A stretch of DNA of 64,000 nucleotides from Chromatiales bacterium (GCA_027005735.1 JALTLF010000218.1:22935-86934), one strand, 5' to 3'; numbered from the stretch's first letter, positions 10,860 through 23,713 are shown. A program made the numbers and translations. The notes: generated from the letters alone by a model not told the origin.

Positions 10860-13127
10860 ATGTTGAACAAGGAACTGGAAGCAGCACTCAACCAGGCTTT
10901 TCGCGAGGCCCGCGAGAAGGATCACGAATTCATGACCGTCGAGCACCTTCTGCTGGCCCTGCTCGACAACGACTCCGCGCGTGACGTGCTCACCGCCTGC
11001 GGCGCCGACATGAACGCCCTGCGCCGCGACCTGCAGGCCTTCCTCGAGGAGACCACGCCACTGTTGCCGCCCAACGACGAGCGCGAGACGCAGCCGACGC
11101 TGGGCTTCCAGCGCGTCCTGCAGCGCGCCGTGTTCCACGTGCAGTCCTCGGGCAAGCAGGAAGTCACCGGTGCCAACGTGCTGGTGGCCATCTTCAGCGA
11201 GCAGGAATCCCAGGCGGTGTATTTCCTCAAGCGCCAGGACATCTCCCGCCTCGACGTGGTCAACTACATCGCCCACGGTATTTCCAAGATCGGCGAGGAC
11301 GAGGGCCAGGCGGGTGAGGGCGTGGCCGGCAACGAGGAAGGTGGCGATACCCGCCAGAGCCCGCTGGAGCAGTTCACCAGCAACCTGAACGAACTTGCCC
11401 GTGCCGGCAAGATCGATCCCCTCATCGGCCGCAAGCACGAAATCGAACGCACCATCCAGATCCTCTGCCGTCGGCGCAAGAACAATCCGCTGTTCGTCGG
11501 CGAGGCCGGGGTGGGCAAGACGGCGCTGGCCGAGGGCCTGGCGAAGATGATTGTCGACGGCGAGGTGCCCGAGATCCTGCGGGATGCCACCATCTACTCC
11601 CTCGACATGGGTACCCTGCTGGCCGGCACCAAGTATCGCGGCGACTTCGAGAAGCGCCTCAAGGCCATCCTCGCCCAGCTCAAGCGCGAGGAAGGCGCCA
11701 TCCTGTTCATCGACGAGATCCATACCATCATCGGCGCGGGCGCGGCCTCGGGCGGCGCCATGGACGCCTCCAACCTGGTCAAGCCGGTGCTGGCCTCGGG
11801 GGAACTCAAGTGCATCGGTTCCACCACCTACCAGGAGTACCGCGGTATCTTCGAGAAGGACCGCGCCCTGGCGCGACGCTTCCAGAAGGTGGACGTCAAG
11901 GAACCGAGCGTCGAGGAGACCGTCCAGATCCTCGAGGGTCTCAAGAGCCGCTTCGAGGAACACCACGAGGTGCGCTATACGCGCCAGGCACTCCGGAGCG
12001 CCGCCGAGCTGGCGGAGCGCTACATCAATGATCGCCACCTGCCCGACAAGGCGGTGGACGTCATCGACGAGGCCGGCGCCAACCAGCGCATGCAGCCGGC
12101 CTCGAAGCGCAGGAAGACCATCGGCGTGCGTGAAGTGGAGTCGGTGGTGTCGAAGATCGCCCGTATTCCGCCGAAGTCCGTGTCGCGGGACGACAAGCAG
12201 GCGCTGCGCAACCTCGAGCGGGATCTCAAGCTGGTGATCTACGGGCAGGACGAAGCCATCGAGTCGCTCGCCACCGCCATCAAGCTGGCGCGCTCGGGTC
12301 TGTCCAGCGAGCACAAGCCCATCGGCTCCTTCCTGTTCGCCGGTCCCACCGGCGTGGGCAAGACCGAGGTCACGCGGCAACTGGCGCGCACGCTGGGTAT
12401 CGAGCTGATCCGCTTCGACATGTCCGAGTACATGGAACGCCATACCGTCTCGCGCCTCATCGGCGCGCCGCCGGGCTACGTCGGCTACGACCAGGGCGGC
12501 CTGCTCACCGAGGAAATCAACAAGCATCCCCATGCGGTGTTGCTGCTCGACGAGATCGAAAAGGCCCACCCGGATGTCTTCAACCTGCTCCTGCAGGTCA
12601 TGGACCACGGCACCCTGACGGACAACAACGGCCGCAAGGCCGATTTCCGCAACGTCATCATCGTCATGACCAGCAACGCCGGCGCGGACCGGCTGGATCG
12701 CCCGTCCATCGGCTTCACCCAGCAGGACCACAGCACGGATACCACCGAGGTGATTAACAAGGTCTTCTCGCCGGAATTCCGCAACCGCCTCGACGGCATC
12801 ATCCAGTTCCGCGCCCTGCAGCCGGACACCATCGGCAAGGTAGTGGACAAGTTCATCTTCGAACTGGAAGGCCAACTGGAGGAGAAGGGCGTCACGCTGA
12901 GCGTGGACGACGAGGCACGCACCTGGCTCGCCCTGCACGGCTACGATCCGAAGATGGGCGCCCGTCCCATGGCGCGGACCATACAGGAACACATCAAGAA
13001 GCCGCTCGCGGAGGAACTGTTGTTCGGCAAGCTTGCCCAGGGTGGGCACATTGCCATCAGCATTCGCGACGACGCCCTGCATTTCGAACTCACGGGCAAG
13101 AAGGAAGAGAAGGTCACCAGCGACTGA
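10860..13127 (+). CDS. clpA: ATP-dependent Clp protease ATP-binding subunit ClpA
   Basis: N-domain plus two AAA+ modules (GEAGVGKT and GPTGVGKT Walker A), 755 aa, directly following clpS. The minus-strand ORF 10623..13082 is a mirror artefact. Confidence 0.92.
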   Translation: MLNKELEAALNQAFREAREKDHEFMTVEHLLLALLDNDSARDVLTACGADMNALRRDLQAFLEETTPLLPPNDERETQPTLGFQRVLQRAVFHVQSSGKQEVTGANVLVAIFSEQESQAVYFLKRQDISRLDVVNYIAHGISKIGEDEGQAGEGVAGNEEGGDTRQSPLEQFTSNLNELARAGKIDPLIGRKHEIERTIQILCRRRKNNPLFVGEAGVGKTALAEGLAKMIVDGEVPEILRDATIYSLDMGTLLAGTKYRGDFEKRLKAILAQLKREEGAILFIDEIHTIIGAGAASGGAMDASNLVKPVLASGELKCIGSTTYQEYRGIFEKDRALARRFQKVDVKEPSVEETVQILEGLKSRFEEHHEVRYTRQALRSAAELAERYINDRHLPDKAVDVIDEAGANQRMQPASKRRKTIGVREVESVVSKIARIPPKSVSRDDKQALRNLERDLKLVIYGQDEAIESLATAIKLARSGLSSEHKPIGSFLFAGPTGVGKTEVTRQLARTLGIELIRFDMSEYMERHTVSRLIGAPPGYVGYDQGGLLTEEINKHPHAVLLLDEIEKAHPDVFNLLLQVMDHGTLTDNNGRKADFRNVIIVMTSNAGADRLDRPSIGFTQQDHSTDTTEVINKVFSPEFRNRLDGIIQFRALQPDTIGKVVDKFIFELEGQLEEKGVTLSVDDEARTWLALHGYDPKMGARPMARTIQEHIKKPLAEELLFGKLAQGGHIAISIRDDALHFELTGKKEEKVTSD

Positions 13128-13306
13128 TCTGGCAGGGCCCCTCCCCGCGGCGCAGGGGAAGCCCGGTGTCTTTCAATGGTCCTGTGATGAGGCGCCGTTC
13201 GTGCCTGAAGGGCGACTCGCGTCGCTCCGCTGGGGGAAGGACAGGTGGGGTGATCCGGGTCTTCTCGGGTGTTCGGGGATTTGGAACACGTATCTGGCGT
13301 CTGCCG

Positions 13307-13525
13307 CTATCTGCTGCGGAAGACGATGCGGCCCTTGCTGAGATCGTAGGGGGTCAGCTGAACGGTGACGCGGTCACCGGTGAGGATACGGATGTAGTGC
13401 TTGCGCATCTTGCCGGAGATATGGGCCGTGACGACGTGGCCGTTGTCCAGCTCGACGCGGAACATGGTGTTGGGCAGGGTGTCGATCACCGTGCCTTCCA
13501 TCTCGATGTGTTCTTCCTTTGCCAT
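13307..13525 (-). CDS. infA: Translation initiation factor IF-1
   Basis: [72 protein letters not shown] is nearly identical to E. coli IF-1. Start taken at the internal M of ORF 13307..13546. Confidence 0.93.
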   Translation of the reverse strand: MAKEEHIEMEGTVIDTLPNTMFRVELDNGHVVTAHISGKMRKHYIRILTGDRVTVQLTPYDLSKGRIVFRSR

Positions 13526-13652
13526 CAGGGTTAACTGCTCTTCCAACCACGGGTCTGAATTCAGCGCGCATCATGCCTGAATCGGCGTGCATTTTCAAAG
13601 CCGTTTTCCCCTCCGCCGGTCCCGGCCGGCGTACTTCATCGCCCCCCCTGCC

Positions 13653-13946
13653 TCAGAGCGCGTGACCGGCGAGGTCCGCCGGCGTCTCCCCGTGCGGGCT
13701 GTTCGCGTCGGCGGCGCGCGGCATGGCGCGCCACTGGATGCGACTCCAGGCGACGTGGGGATGCTGCACCCCGCGATCGATGAGCATCTCCATGCCCAGG
13801 AAACGGGAGATCCCTTCCATGCCCTCGATGCCCGCCAGCTCCGCGCGCAGGCGGGCGAGGTGGCGGGGATTGAGGTAGAGGAGCGTGGGCGCGACGCCGT
13901 GGCGGCGCCGGTAGTCGGTGGCAATGCGGTACAGGTAGCTCAGCAT
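13653..13946 (-). CDS. Hypothetical small protein (97 aa)
   Basis: Strong GC3 bias in this frame. It fills an otherwise ~500-bp gap between infA and bpt. No recognisable domain. Confidence 0.35.
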   Translation of the reverse strand: MLSYLYRIATDYRRRHGVAPTLLYLNPRHLARLRAELAGIEGMEGISRFLGMEMLIDRGVQHPHVAWSRIQWRAMPRAADANSPHGETPADLAGHAL

Positions 13947-14024
13947 GATGCCTCCTTCGGGCTGACGGGCGCGAACGGCGTTCGCATCCGCATGCCCGTC
14001 ATAGCGGCCTGCCGTCTTCGACCT

Positions 14025-14789
14025 TTAGACCGTCGCCGGGGTTCCACCCGCACCGTCCCCGTGCAGCTCCGCCTTCCAGTAGCGTCCATCGAAGGCCTCC
14101 AGGGGGCGGTAGCGGTTCTTGTAGGCCATCTTCGGGCATTCGGCGATCCAGTAGCCGAGGTAGAGCCACCGGCGCTCCAGCCGCACGGCTTGCCGTATCT
14201 GCCATAACACAGCATAGACGCCCAGCCCGCGGCGACCCTGATCGGGATCAAAGAAGGTGTAGACGGCCGACAGCGCGTCGCCGAGGTGATCGGTGACGGC
14301 CACCGCCAGCAGGCGGCCGTCCTCGCGGAATTCGTACAGACGGGTGTCGCTCCACGGACTGGAGATAAAGGCCATGTAGTGCTCGGGGGAATCCTGATCC
14401 ATGCCGCCGCCGCGATGGCGCGTGCTGATGTAGCGCCGGTAGAGGGCATAGTGCTCCTCGTCGAAACGTACCGGCCGTTGGTGGGTGGTGAGATGGGCGT
14501 TGCGTTTCCAGGTACGTCGCTGGCTGCGGCTGGCGACGAAGCGCGCCACCGGCACGCGCACCGGTACGCAGGCGTGACAGGTGGCGCAATGGGGTCGGTA
14601 GATGTGCTCCCCGCTGCGGCGAAAACCCAGCGCGGAGAGCCGGGTATAGAGCGCGTTGTCCATGCGCGCGGAGGGATCGGCAAACAGGGTGGTGGCCTCG
14701 CGGCCGGGCAGGTAACTGCATGCGTGGGGCACGGTGGCGTAGAAGTGCAACGACTCCAGACTGACGGGAATGTCCTTGCCGGCTTTCAT
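14025..14789 (-). CDS. bpt: Arginyl-tRNA--protein transferase (bacterial Bpt/Ate, Asp/Glu leucyltransferase family)
   Basis: [39 protein letters not shown]...[22 protein letters not shown]...YLGYWI is the Ate1/Bpt N- and C-domain signature. Start at the internal ATG (cat at 14787-14789), overlapping the aat stop by 4 nt. The upstream part of ORF 14025..15407 is read-through artefact. Confidence 0.85.
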   Translation of the reverse strand: MKAGKDIPVSLESLHFYATVPHACSYLPGREATTLFADPSARMDNALYTRLSALGFRRSGEHIYRPHCATCHACVPVRVPVARFVASRSQRRTWKRNAHLTTHQRPVRFDEEHYALYRRYISTRHRGGGMDQDSPEHYMAFISSPWSDTRLYEFREDGRLLAVAVTDHLGDALSAVYTFFDPDQGRRGLGVYAVLWQIRQAVRLERRWLYLGYWIAECPKMAYKNRYRPLEAFDGRYWKAELHGDGAGGTPATV

Positions 14790-15529
14790 GCGAATCGCTT
14801 TCCGTTTACCACCTCGTCCCTGATGCGCGGGTCCAGTTGCCAGCGCGATGGCCGAGCCGCTTCGGCGGTGTGGCGCGCCAGCAGGGCGTTGAACTGGCGA
14901 CGCGGGATCATCTCCGCGCCGAAACGCTCGAGGTGCGCGGTATGGACCTGGCAGTCGATGAGACGCACGCCGCGCCCCTGCAACTGCGCCACCATGTGCG
15001 CGAAGGCCACCTTGGAGGCATCGCTGACGCGGGCGAACATGGACTCGCCGTAGAACACCCGGCCGATGGCCACGCCGTAGAGGCCGCCGACGAGCTGGCC
15101 GTCCTGCCAGCACTCCATGGAGTGCGCCCAGCCCGCCGCGTGCAACCTTGCATAAGCATAGATCATTTCCTCGCCGATCCAGCTGCCCGGTTCCGCGTCC
15201 TGCCGGCGGGGCGCGGCGCAGGCGCGCATGACGTCCTCGAAGGCGGTGTCCATGCTCAAACGGAAGGGATCGCGGCGCAGGGTCTTGCGCAGGCTGCGCG
15301 AGAGGTGCAGTTTTTCCGGGAACAGCACCATGCGGGGATCCGGCGACCACCACAGGATGGGTTGCGGTTCGCTGTACCAGGGGAAGATCCCCCGGCGATA
15401 GGCGCACAGCAGTCGTTCGACGCCGAGATCGCCGCCCACCGCGAGCAGGCCGTCGGGTTTGCGCAGGGCGCTCTCGACGTCGGGGAAGCCGCAGGGATCG
15501 CGGGGATCGAGCCAGGGGATGTCCAGCAT
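14786..15529 (-). CDS. aat: Leucyl/phenylalanyl-tRNA--protein transferase
   Basis: [69 protein letters not shown] is colinear with E. coli Aat. Start at the internal ATG of ORF 14786..16057. Confidence 0.88.
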   Translation of the reverse strand: MLDIPWLDPRDPCGFPDVESALRKPDGLLAVGGDLGVERLLCAYRRGIFPWYSEPQPILWWSPDPRMVLFPEKLHLSRSLRKTLRRDPFRLSMDTAFEDVMRACAAPRRQDAEPGSWIGEEMIYAYARLHAAGWAHSMECWQDGQLVGGLYGVAIGRVFYGESMFARVSDASKVAFAHMVAQLQGRGVRLIDCQVHTAHLERFGAEMIPRRQFNALLARHTAEAARPSRWQLDPRIRDEVVNGKRFA

Positions 15530-15542
15530 GGGATGGCGGTCC

Positions 15543-16703
15543 TCAGGCCCCGGCCAGGGCCCGGCTGTCGGCACGGAAGGGCGCGCCCTCGCGCAGGCTC
15601 TCCATGTAATGCCGCACGCCGGCCCGTTCGCGGCGCAGGAAGTCGGCCACCGGCTCGCGGAAGGCCGGTTCGCGCAGCCAGTGGGCCGACCAGGTGGGGG
15701 TGGGCAGGAAGCCGCGCGCCACCTTGTGTTCCCCCTGGGCGCCGGGTTCGAAGCGGGACAGGCCGTGGCGGATGCAGTAGTCCAGGCCCTGGTAGTAACA
15801 GGTCTCGAAGTGCAGGCTGTGAAAATAGCGATCACAGCCCCAGTGACGGCCGTAGAGGCTGGTGTCGTCCCGCAGGTTGAGGGCGGCGGCGACGTACTCG
15901 CCCGCGTGGCGCGCCAGCACCAGCACCACGGCCTCGGGCATGCTGCGGGCGATCTCCGCGAAGAAACCCGGCGAGAGGGTGGGCAGGCCGCCCTTGCGGT
16001 CGAAGGTAGCAGCGTAATAGTGATGGAACAGGCGCCAGTGTTCCTCGCCGGCGGCATGACCGTCGAGGATCTCGAAGCTCACCGCCTGTTCCGCGGCGCG
16101 GCGGCGTTCGCGTTTGATCTTCTTGCGCTTCGCCGCGGTGAACTCGGCAAGGTAGTCGTCGAAGTCACGGTAGCCGGCATTGTGCCAGTGGAACTGGCAG
16201 CCGAGGCGTAGCATGAAGCCGGCCTCTTCGAGCCGGGCGGCTTCCGCCTCGGGGGGGAACAGCCAGTGCACGCCGGACAGTTCCCGTTCCTCGGCAAAGC
16301 CGCGCAGCGCTTCGCCGAAGCGGCGGGTGATGGCGTCGCGCTCGGCCTCGTGGGCGGGATCGATGAGCAGGCGCGGCCCGGTGACCGGCGAATAGGGCAC
16401 CGCCGCCACCAGCTTGGGGTAGTAGGCCAGGCCGCTGCGCGCATAGGCCTCGGCCCAGGCCCAGTCGAAGACGAATTCGCCGTAGGAGTTGCTCTTGATG
16501 TAACAGGGCGCGGCGGCGCGCAGGCGGCCGTCGGCGCGCAGGAGGAAGTACACCGGCAGCCAGCCGTAGGCCTCGCCCACCGCGCCGTGGCGCTCCAGCG
16601 CGACGAGGAATTCGTGGCGCAGGAAGGGATTGCCGCCGGGATTGAGCCGGTTCCAGTCCGCCGCCGGCACCGATTCCAGCGAGTGTGCCGTCTCCATGCG
16701 CAT
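15543..16703 (-). CDS. FemAB-like/DUF482 (COG3146) GNAT-fold N-acyltransferase
   Basis: About 387 aa. [32 protein letters not shown]...[24 protein letters not shown]...[53 protein letters not shown] is the conserved COG3146 'FemAB-related' core. Start at MRMET (16703) or MET (16697). Confidence 0.7.
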   Translation of the reverse strand: MRMETAHSLESVPAADWNRLNPGGNPFLRHEFLVALERHGAVGEAYGWLPVYFLLRADGRLRAAAPCYIKSNSYGEFVFDWAWAEAYARSGLAYYPKLVAAVPYSPVTGPRLLIDPAHEAERDAITRRFGEALRGFAEERELSGVHWLFPPEAEAARLEEAGFMLRLGCQFHWHNAGYRDFDDYLAEFTAAKRKKIKRERRRAAEQAVSFEILDGHAAGEEHWRLFHHYYAATFDRKGGLPTLSPGFFAEIARSMPEAVVLVLARHAGEYVAAALNLRDDTSLYGRHWGCDRYFHSLHFETCYYQGLDYCIRHGLSRFEPGAQGEHKVARGFLPTPTWSAHWLREPAFREPVADFLRRERAGVRHYMESLREGAPFRADSRALAGA

Positions 16704-16741
16704 GGCGATGGGTCGGGCCGTGGCGATACCGCGAGGCGTGG

Positions 16742-17710
<969 letters not shown>

Positions 17711-17883
17711 CTAGACTCCGGCGAAATAAACCTGGGTGTGCGGAACGGCGACGCTGGCCCGCGGCGCCCGAAGCAACCAGCTGTTTGACAGCCTGTCGGC
17801 AACAGGTTCCGTGGTGCGCGCACAATATACGAGATGCGCTGCACAGGGTAAAGGCACATCGACACAGGACAGGACGGCGACAC

Positions 17884-18951
17884 ATGCATATCGGTATTCC
17901 GCGAGAGATCAAGATCCACGAAGGACGCGTGGCGCTCATCCCCGACGCCGTCGCCGAACTGGTGGCGGCGGGCCACACGGTGAGCGTGGAGACCGCTGCC
18001 GGCATGGGCAGCGGCTACCGCGACGAGGACTACGAGGCGGCGGGCGCGCGCATCGCGCCGGACGCCGCGGCGCTCTACGATGCCGCCCGGCTCATCGTCA
18101 AGGTCAAGGAACCCCAGGCGGAGGAGCTGGCGCTGTTGCGCGCCCATCACCTGCTGTTTTCCTACCTGCACCTCGCCGCCGCCCCGGCGCTGTTGCAGGC
18201 GCTGCTCGACATCGGTCTCACGGCGGTGGCCTTCGAGACCGTCAGCGATGCCCGCGGCCGCCTGCCTTTGCTCGCTCCCATGAGCGACATCGCCGGGCGG
18301 GTGGCGGTGATGACGGGCAGCAACCTGCTCTACCGGCATGCCGGCGGCAAGGGGCTGCTGCTGGGTGGCCTGCCCGGCGCCCCGCGCGGCCACGTGGTGG
18401 TGCTGGGGGCGGGCGTCGCCGGCGGCAATGCCACGCGCCTGGCGGCGGCCCTGGGCGCCGAGGTCACGGTCTTCGAGCGCCGCCGGGAGCGCCAGGAGGC
18501 CATGCGCGCCCTTGGCGCCAACGTCACCGCGCTGCACCCCTATCCCCGCGCCATCGCCGAGGCGGTGGCCCGTGCCGATCTGCTGGTGGGGGCGGTGCTC
18601 ATCACCGGTCAGCGGGCGCCGCACCTGGTGGACGAGGCCATGGTGGAGACCATGGCCCCGGGCAGCGTCATCATCGACATTTCCGTGGATCAGGGAGGCT
18701 GTATCGCCACCACGCGCCCCACGAGCTGGGCTGAGCCCACCTTCGTCCACGCCGGCGTGCTCCATTACGGCGTGACCAACATGCCCGGGGCGGTGCCCCG
18801 CAGCGCCTCACAGGCCCTCTCCGCGGCCCTGACGCCCTATGTCCATCGTCTCACGCAGGAAAACTGGGACGCAGCCCCGGATCTGGCTGCCGGGATCAAT
18901 GTAAAAGGGGGTAAAATCGTGTTTCCCGGCCTGTCCGCCCCCGCTGCGTAA
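17884..18951 (+). CDS. ald: Alanine dehydrogenase
   Basis: [36 protein letters not shown]..., NAD-binding [12 protein letters not shown], and the C-terminal [14 protein letters not shown] match the AlaDH/PNT family. Start at the internal ATG of ORF 17785..18951. Confidence 0.88.
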   Translation: MHIGIPREIKIHEGRVALIPDAVAELVAAGHTVSVETAAGMGSGYRDEDYEAAGARIAPDAAALYDAARLIVKVKEPQAEELALLRAHHLLFSYLHLAAAPALLQALLDIGLTAVAFETVSDARGRLPLLAPMSDIAGRVAVMTGSNLLYRHAGGKGLLLGGLPGAPRGHVVVLGAGVAGGNATRLAAALGAEVTVFERRRERQEAMRALGANVTALHPYPRAIAEAVARADLLVGAVLITGQRAPHLVDEAMVETMAPGSVIIDISVDQGGCIATTRPTSWAEPTFVHAGVLHYGVTNMPGAVPRSASQALSAALTPYVHRLTQENWDAAPDLAAGINVKGGKIVFPGLSAPAA

Positions 18952-19026
18952 GGATGCTGCGCGGGCTTGTAAATTACCCGATATATTAGTAAGTTAAGCC
19001 ATCAACCTGATATAGAAGTTTAAGTC

Positions 19027-21336
19027 TTGGCCCAGGCATCGCAAAAGAAATCCGCCGATCCGGCGCCGCTGGCCGCGCACGTGCGCCGCGGCCTGAAGGA
19101 AGGGGCGCTGCTGGTCTTCGGCCTGGTGGCGCTCTACCTGTTGCTGGCCCTGGCCACTTACCACCCCGAGGATCCCGGCTGGTCCCACAGCACCGGTGGC
19201 GGCGGGGTGCACAATCTCGCCGGGCCCGCCGGCGCCTGGTTCGCCGACATCTTCCTCAGCCTGTTCGGCGCCATGGCCTTCCTGTTTCCCGTCATGGTGG
19301 CCTATGCCGGCTGGCTCATCTACCGCGGCCTGCGCCAGGACGCCCCCATGGACATGCGCGAGATCATCCTGCGCTCGGTGGGTTTCGTGCTGACCCTGCT
19401 GTCGGGCTGCGGGCTCGCGGCGTTGCACTACAGCGTGCCGGTGACGGTGCTGCCCGCCGATACCGGCGGGATCCTCGGCGACGTGGTGGGCGCGGGCATG
19501 CGCACGCTGTTCGGTTTCCTCGGCGCCACCCTGCTGCTGCTGGCGGGCTTCCTCTCCGGCGTCACCCTGTTTACCCACCTGTCCTGGATCCGGCTCATCG
19601 ATCTCACCGGCGCGGCGACCCTGCGCCTCGGCGGCTGGGCGCGCGGCCTGCTCGCGACGCTGCGCGAGGGCTGGCAGGCGCGCCGCGCGCGCCGCGACCA
19701 CGAGGCGCGTTCGCGGGAACGGGTGGCGAGCGTGCGCGCGAAGAGCGCGCGGCGCAAGCCGCCGCGCATCGAGCCGGTGGTGCGCGAGGTGCCGAAGGGC
19801 GAACGGGTCATGCGCGAGAAGCAGGCCACCCTGTTCGAGATCGAATCCGACGGCGAGCTGCCGCCGCTGTCGCTGCTCGATGAGGCCGAGGTCAACAAGC
19901 ATAGCCTGTCTCCCGAGGCGCTGGAGGCCATGTCCCGCCAGGTGGAACTCAAGCTGGCCGACTTCGGGATCAGCGTGGAGGTGGTGGCGGTGCATCCCGG
20001 CCCGGTGATCACGCGCTTCGAGCTGGAACCGGCGCCCGGCGTCAAGGTCAGCCAGATCACCAACCTTGCCAAGGATCTCGCGCGGGCCCTCTCCACCGCC
20101 ACGGTGCGCGTGGTGGAGGTCATTCCGGGCAAGTCCACCGTCGGCCTGGAGATCCCCAACCAGGTGCGCGAGACGGTGCGCCTCTCCGAGACCCTGCAGT
20201 CGCAGGCCTTCGAGGACTCCACCTCGCCACTGACCCTGGCGCTGGGCAAGGACATCAGCGGGGTGCCGGTGGTGGCGGACCTGGCGAAGATGCCGCACCT
20301 GTTGGTGGCGGGTACCACCGGCGCGGGCAAGTCGGTGGCCATCAACGCCATGCTCCTCAGCATCCTGTACAACGCCTCGCCGGAACAGGTGCGCCTGATC
20401 CTCATCGATCCCAAGATGCTGGAGCTGTCGGTTTACGACGGCATCCCGCACCTGCTGACGCCGGTGGTCACCGACATGAAGGACGCCGCCAACGCCCTGC
20501 GCTGGTGCGTGGCCGAGATGGATCGCCGTTACCGCCTGATGTCGGCGCTCAAGGTGCGCAACATCAACGGCTTCAATCGCAAGGTCAGCGAGGCGAAGGC
20601 GGCGGGCAAGCCCATCCTCGACCCGCTGTTCCAGCCGCAGCACGAGGAGGATCAGCCCGAGGAACTGGTGCCGCTGCCCTACATCGTCGTCACCGTGGAC
20701 GAACTCGCCGACATGATGATGCTGGTGGGCAAGAAGGTGGAGGAACTGATTGCGCGCCTGGCGCAGAAGGCGCGCGCCGCGGGGATCCACCTCATCCTTG
20801 CCACCCAGCGGCCCTCGGTGGACGTGCTCACCGGGCTCATCAAGGCCAATATCCCCACGCGCATCGCCTTCCAGGTCTCGGTGCGCGCCGACTCGCGCAC
20901 CATTCTCGACCAGATCGGCGCCGAGCAACTACTGGGCCACGGCGATATGCTCTACCTGCCGCCGGGGACCGCCAATCCCGTGCGCGTGCACGGCGCCTTC
21001 GTCGCCGATCAGGAAGTCCACCGCGTGGTGGAAAACCTCAAGCAGCGCGGCAGGCCCAACTACATCGAGGAGGTCACCGCCGAGATCAGCGACAGCGATG
21101 CTGGCGGGGAGGGCGGCGGCGCAGCGGACGCGGAACAGGATCCGCTCTACGACGAGGCCGTGCGCATCGTCACCGAGACCCGCAAGGCCTCCATCTCCGG
21201 CGTCCAGCGGCGACTCAAGATCGGCTACAACCGCGCGGCGCGCATGATCGAGGCCATGGAACTGGCGGGCATCGTCAGTCCCGCCGAGACCAACGGCGTG
21301 CGCGAGGTCCTCGCCCCGCCACCACCCAAAGACTGA
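19027..21336 (+). CDS. ftsK: DNA translocase FtsK
   Basis: N-terminal 4-TM domain, Pro/Arg-rich linker, RecA-like motor ([19 protein letters not shown] Walker A) and C-terminal gamma winged helix ([18 protein letters not shown]). The track start is TTG; the true start is uncertain. Confidence 0.9.
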   Translation: MAQASQKKSADPAPLAAHVRRGLKEGALLVFGLVALYLLLALATYHPEDPGWSHSTGGGGVHNLAGPAGAWFADIFLSLFGAMAFLFPVMVAYAGWLIYRGLRQDAPMDMREIILRSVGFVLTLLSGCGLAALHYSVPVTVLPADTGGILGDVVGAGMRTLFGFLGATLLLLAGFLSGVTLFTHLSWIRLIDLTGAATLRLGGWARGLLATLREGWQARRARRDHEARSRERVASVRAKSARRKPPRIEPVVREVPKGERVMREKQATLFEIESDGELPPLSLLDEAEVNKHSLSPEALEAMSRQVELKLADFGISVEVVAVHPGPVITRFELEPAPGVKVSQITNLAKDLARALSTATVRVVEVIPGKSTVGLEIPNQVRETVRLSETLQSQAFEDSTSPLTLALGKDISGVPVVADLAKMPHLLVAGTTGAGKSVAINAMLLSILYNASPEQVRLILIDPKMLELSVYDGIPHLLTPVVTDMKDAANALRWCVAEMDRRYRLMSALKVRNINGFNRKVSEAKAAGKPILDPLFQPQHEEDQPEELVPLPYIVVTVDELADMMMLVGKKVEELIARLAQKARAAGIHLILATQRPSVDVLTGLIKANIPTRIAFQVSVRADSRTILDQIGAEQLLGHGDMLYLPPGTANPVRVHGAFVADQEVHRVVENLKQRGRPNYIEEVTAEISDSDAGGEGGGAADAEQDPLYDEAVRIVTETRKASISGVQRRLKIGYNRAARMIEAMELAGIVSPAETNGVREVLAPPPPKD

Positions 21337-21346
21337 GGGGCGAACC

Positions 21347-21976
21347 ATGTCATACCGATTCCAGCGCAGCGGCCTCGGCCTTGCCCTCTGGTGCCTGCTG
21401 GGCGTGGCCGGGGCGACGCCGGCCTCACTGACGGACTACTTCCACGGCATCACCACCCTGCGTGCCCATTTCACCCAGGAAGTGCGCGGCACGGTCTCCG
21501 ACCGAGTGCAGCGAACCGAGGGCATACTGGCCATCTACCGGCCGGATCGCTTCTACCTCGAGTACACCGAACCCTATCGCCAGCTCTACGTCGCCGACGG
21601 CAAGACCCTGTGGGCCTACGACGAGGATCTCGAGCAGGTCACCGTGCACCGCCAGCAGGGCATGCTGCAGAACACCCCGGCGCTGATCCTCACCCAGCCG
21701 GAGAAGCTGGCGGCCAGCTACACCATCGTGCGCCGGGAAGGGGACGGCAAGGTGGTCTTCGAACTCACGCCACGCGATCCCAACAGTCAGTTCGAATTGA
21801 TCAGCATCGGCTTTCGCGGCAAGCAGCTGGTGCTGATGGAACTGCGCGACGCGCTGGGGCAGACCACCGTGCTGCGTTTCAGTCGCCTGCAGTTGAACCC
21901 GCTCATCGACGAGGCGCGGTTTCGCTTTACGCCGCCGGAAGGCGTGGACCTGATCAGGGCCGATGAGAGCTTCTAG
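21347..21976 (+). CDS. lolA: Outer-membrane lipoprotein carrier LolA
   Basis: Signal peptide followed by a LolA fold sequence (FTQEVRG...LWAYDEDLEQVTV...FELTPRDPNSQF). ftsK-lolA-rarA-serS order as in E. coli. Confidence 0.85.
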   Translation: MSYRFQRSGLGLALWCLLGVAGATPASLTDYFHGITTLRAHFTQEVRGTVSDRVQRTEGILAIYRPDRFYLEYTEPYRQLYVADGKTLWAYDEDLEQVTVHRQQGMLQNTPALILTQPEKLAASYTIVRREGDGKVVFELTPRDPNSQFELISIGFRGKQLVLMELRDALGQTTVLRFSRLQLNPLIDEARFRFTPPEGVDLIRADESF

Positions 21977-21993
21977 CCGCCAGGTGATGGAGC

Positions 21994-23346
21994 ATGAACC
22001 GCAGCGGTGATCTCTTTGCCCCCGATGAAACCGCCACGGCGGAGGCCCGGCGTCCCTGGCAACCGCTGGCCGATCGCATGCGTCCGCGCACGTTGGCGGA
22101 GTTCGCTGGGCAGCAGCACCTGCTCGCGCCCGGCAAGCCCCTGCGCCAGGCCCTCGAGGAAGGCCGCCTGCATTCCCTCATCCTGTGGGGGCCGCCCGGC
22201 ACCGGCAAGACCACCCTGGCGCGCATGATGGCGGCCTGTTGCGAGGCGCACTTCCTGTCCCTGTCGGCCGTGCTCGCCGGGGTCAAGGACATTCGCGCCG
22301 CAGTGGACACCGCACGCCAGGTCTCGCAGCGCGAGAACCGCGCCAGCGTGCTGTTCGTGGACGAGGTGCATCGCTTCAACAAGGCCCAGCAGGATGCCTT
22401 CCTGCCGCATATCGAGGACGGCACCATCACCTTCGTCGGTGCCACCACGGAGAATCCCTCCTTCGAACTCAACAATGCGCTGCTCTCGCGCGCGCGGGTC
22501 TATGTCCTCAAGGCGCTCGACAGCGAAGATATCGTCAGCGTGCTGCGCGATGCGCTGGCCGACGCGGAGCGGGGGATCGCCGACCTTGGCTGCGACGACG
22601 AGAACCTGCGTCGCATCGCCGTGTTCGCCGACGGCGACGCGCGCCGCGCCCTCAACCTGCTGGAGCTGGCCGCGGAGATCAGCCGGGCGCAGGGCCGTGA
22701 GTGTATCGATGCCGCCATCCTCGACGAGGTCCTAACCAGCGGCACGCGGCGCTTCGACAAGCAGGGCGAGGCCTTCTACGATCTCATTTCCGCGCTGCAC
22801 AAGTCGGTGCGCGGCTCCGATCCCGATGCCAGCCTCTACTGGTTCGCGCGCATGCTGGACGGTGGCTGCGACCCTCTGTATATTGCCCGCCGGGTGGTGC
22901 GCATGGCCTCGGAGGACATCGGCAACGCCGATCCCCGCGGTCTCAGCCTGGCGCTGGATGCCTGGGAGACGCAGGAACGCCTCGGCAGTCCCGAGGGCGA
23001 ACTGGCGGTGGCGCAGGCCATCGTTTATCTCGCCTGCGCGCCCAAGAGCAATGCCGTGTACACGGCCTTCAAGGCCGCCATGCGCGACGTGAAAAGCGGC
23101 GGTTCGGAAGAAGTCCCGCTGCGCCTGCGTAATGCGCCCACCTCCCTGATGAAGGAACTGGGCTACGGCGAACAGTATCGCTACGCCCACGACGAACCCG
23201 AAGGCTATGTCGCGGGCGAACATTATTTCCCGGACGGCATGGAAAAGCGACGTTACTATCGACCGGTGATGCGCGGGCTCGAATCGCGCATTGCCGAGCG
23301 TCTGGCCTACTGGCGCGAACTGGACAGGAAACACGACAAGTCATGA
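21994..23346 (+). CDS. rarA: Replication-associated recombination protein A (RarA/MgsA AAA+ ATPase)
   Basis: [16 protein letters not shown]...[58 protein letters not shown] and the MgsA C-terminal domain. Confidence 0.92.
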   Translation: MNRSGDLFAPDETATAEARRPWQPLADRMRPRTLAEFAGQQHLLAPGKPLRQALEEGRLHSLILWGPPGTGKTTLARMMAACCEAHFLSLSAVLAGVKDIRAAVDTARQVSQRENRASVLFVDEVHRFNKAQQDAFLPHIEDGTITFVGATTENPSFELNNALLSRARVYVLKALDSEDIVSVLRDALADAERGIADLGCDDENLRRIAVFADGDARRALNLLELAAEISRAQGRECIDAAILDEVLTSGTRRFDKQGEAFYDLISALHKSVRGSDPDASLYWFARMLDGGCDPLYIARRVVRMASEDIGNADPRGLSLALDAWETQERLGSPEGELAVAQAIVYLACAPKSNAVYTAFKAAMRDVKSGGSEEVPLRLRNAPTSLMKELGYGEQYRYAHDEPEGYVAGEHYFPDGMEKRRYYRPVMRGLESRIAERLAYWRELDRKHDKS

Positions 23347-23713
23347 ATCAGGTACTCGCCATCGCCGTGGGGGGCGCTGCCGGTGCGGTGATGCGCTTCT
23401 GGGTCTCCACCCTGACTTATCGCCTGCTGGGGCAGGGCTTCCCCTGGGGGACCCTGATGGTCAATGTCACGGGCTCGCTGGCCATGGGTTTCATCTACGT
23501 GCTGCTGGTGGAGCGCCTCAGCCTGGGCCCCGAGTGGCGCGCGGTGCTGATGATTGGTTTTCTCGGCGCCTTTACCACCTTTTCCACCTTTTCCGTCGAG
23601 GCACTCAACCTGGTGCAGGCGGGTTCGCCGATGCGCGCGCTGCTCTATATACTGGCGAGTGTCATCTTTTGTGTACTGGCTGCCTATGTGGGCATGATTG
23701 CGGGAAGACAGGT

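Noticed and set aside
10623-13082. 819-aa minus-strand ORF opposite clpA
   Set aside because: Mirror-frame artefact. The plus-strand frame encodes a textbook ClpA with both Walker motifs, whereas the minus frame is Ala/Gly/Val/Asp-rich with no motifs.
14025-15407. 460-aa ORF and 423-aa ORF 14786..16057 as single long proteins
   Set aside because: The N-terminal extensions are Arg/Pro/Ala-rich read-through lacking similarity. Homologous regions begin at internal ATGs (MKAGKDIP for Bpt, MLDIPWL for Aat) that butt against the upstream gene's stop.
18994-20928. 644-aa minus-strand ORF opposite ftsK; also 17704..18765 and 17736..18734 opposite ald
   Set aside because: Antisense artefacts of high-GC coding regions. 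The sense-strand products are unmistakable FtsK and Ald.
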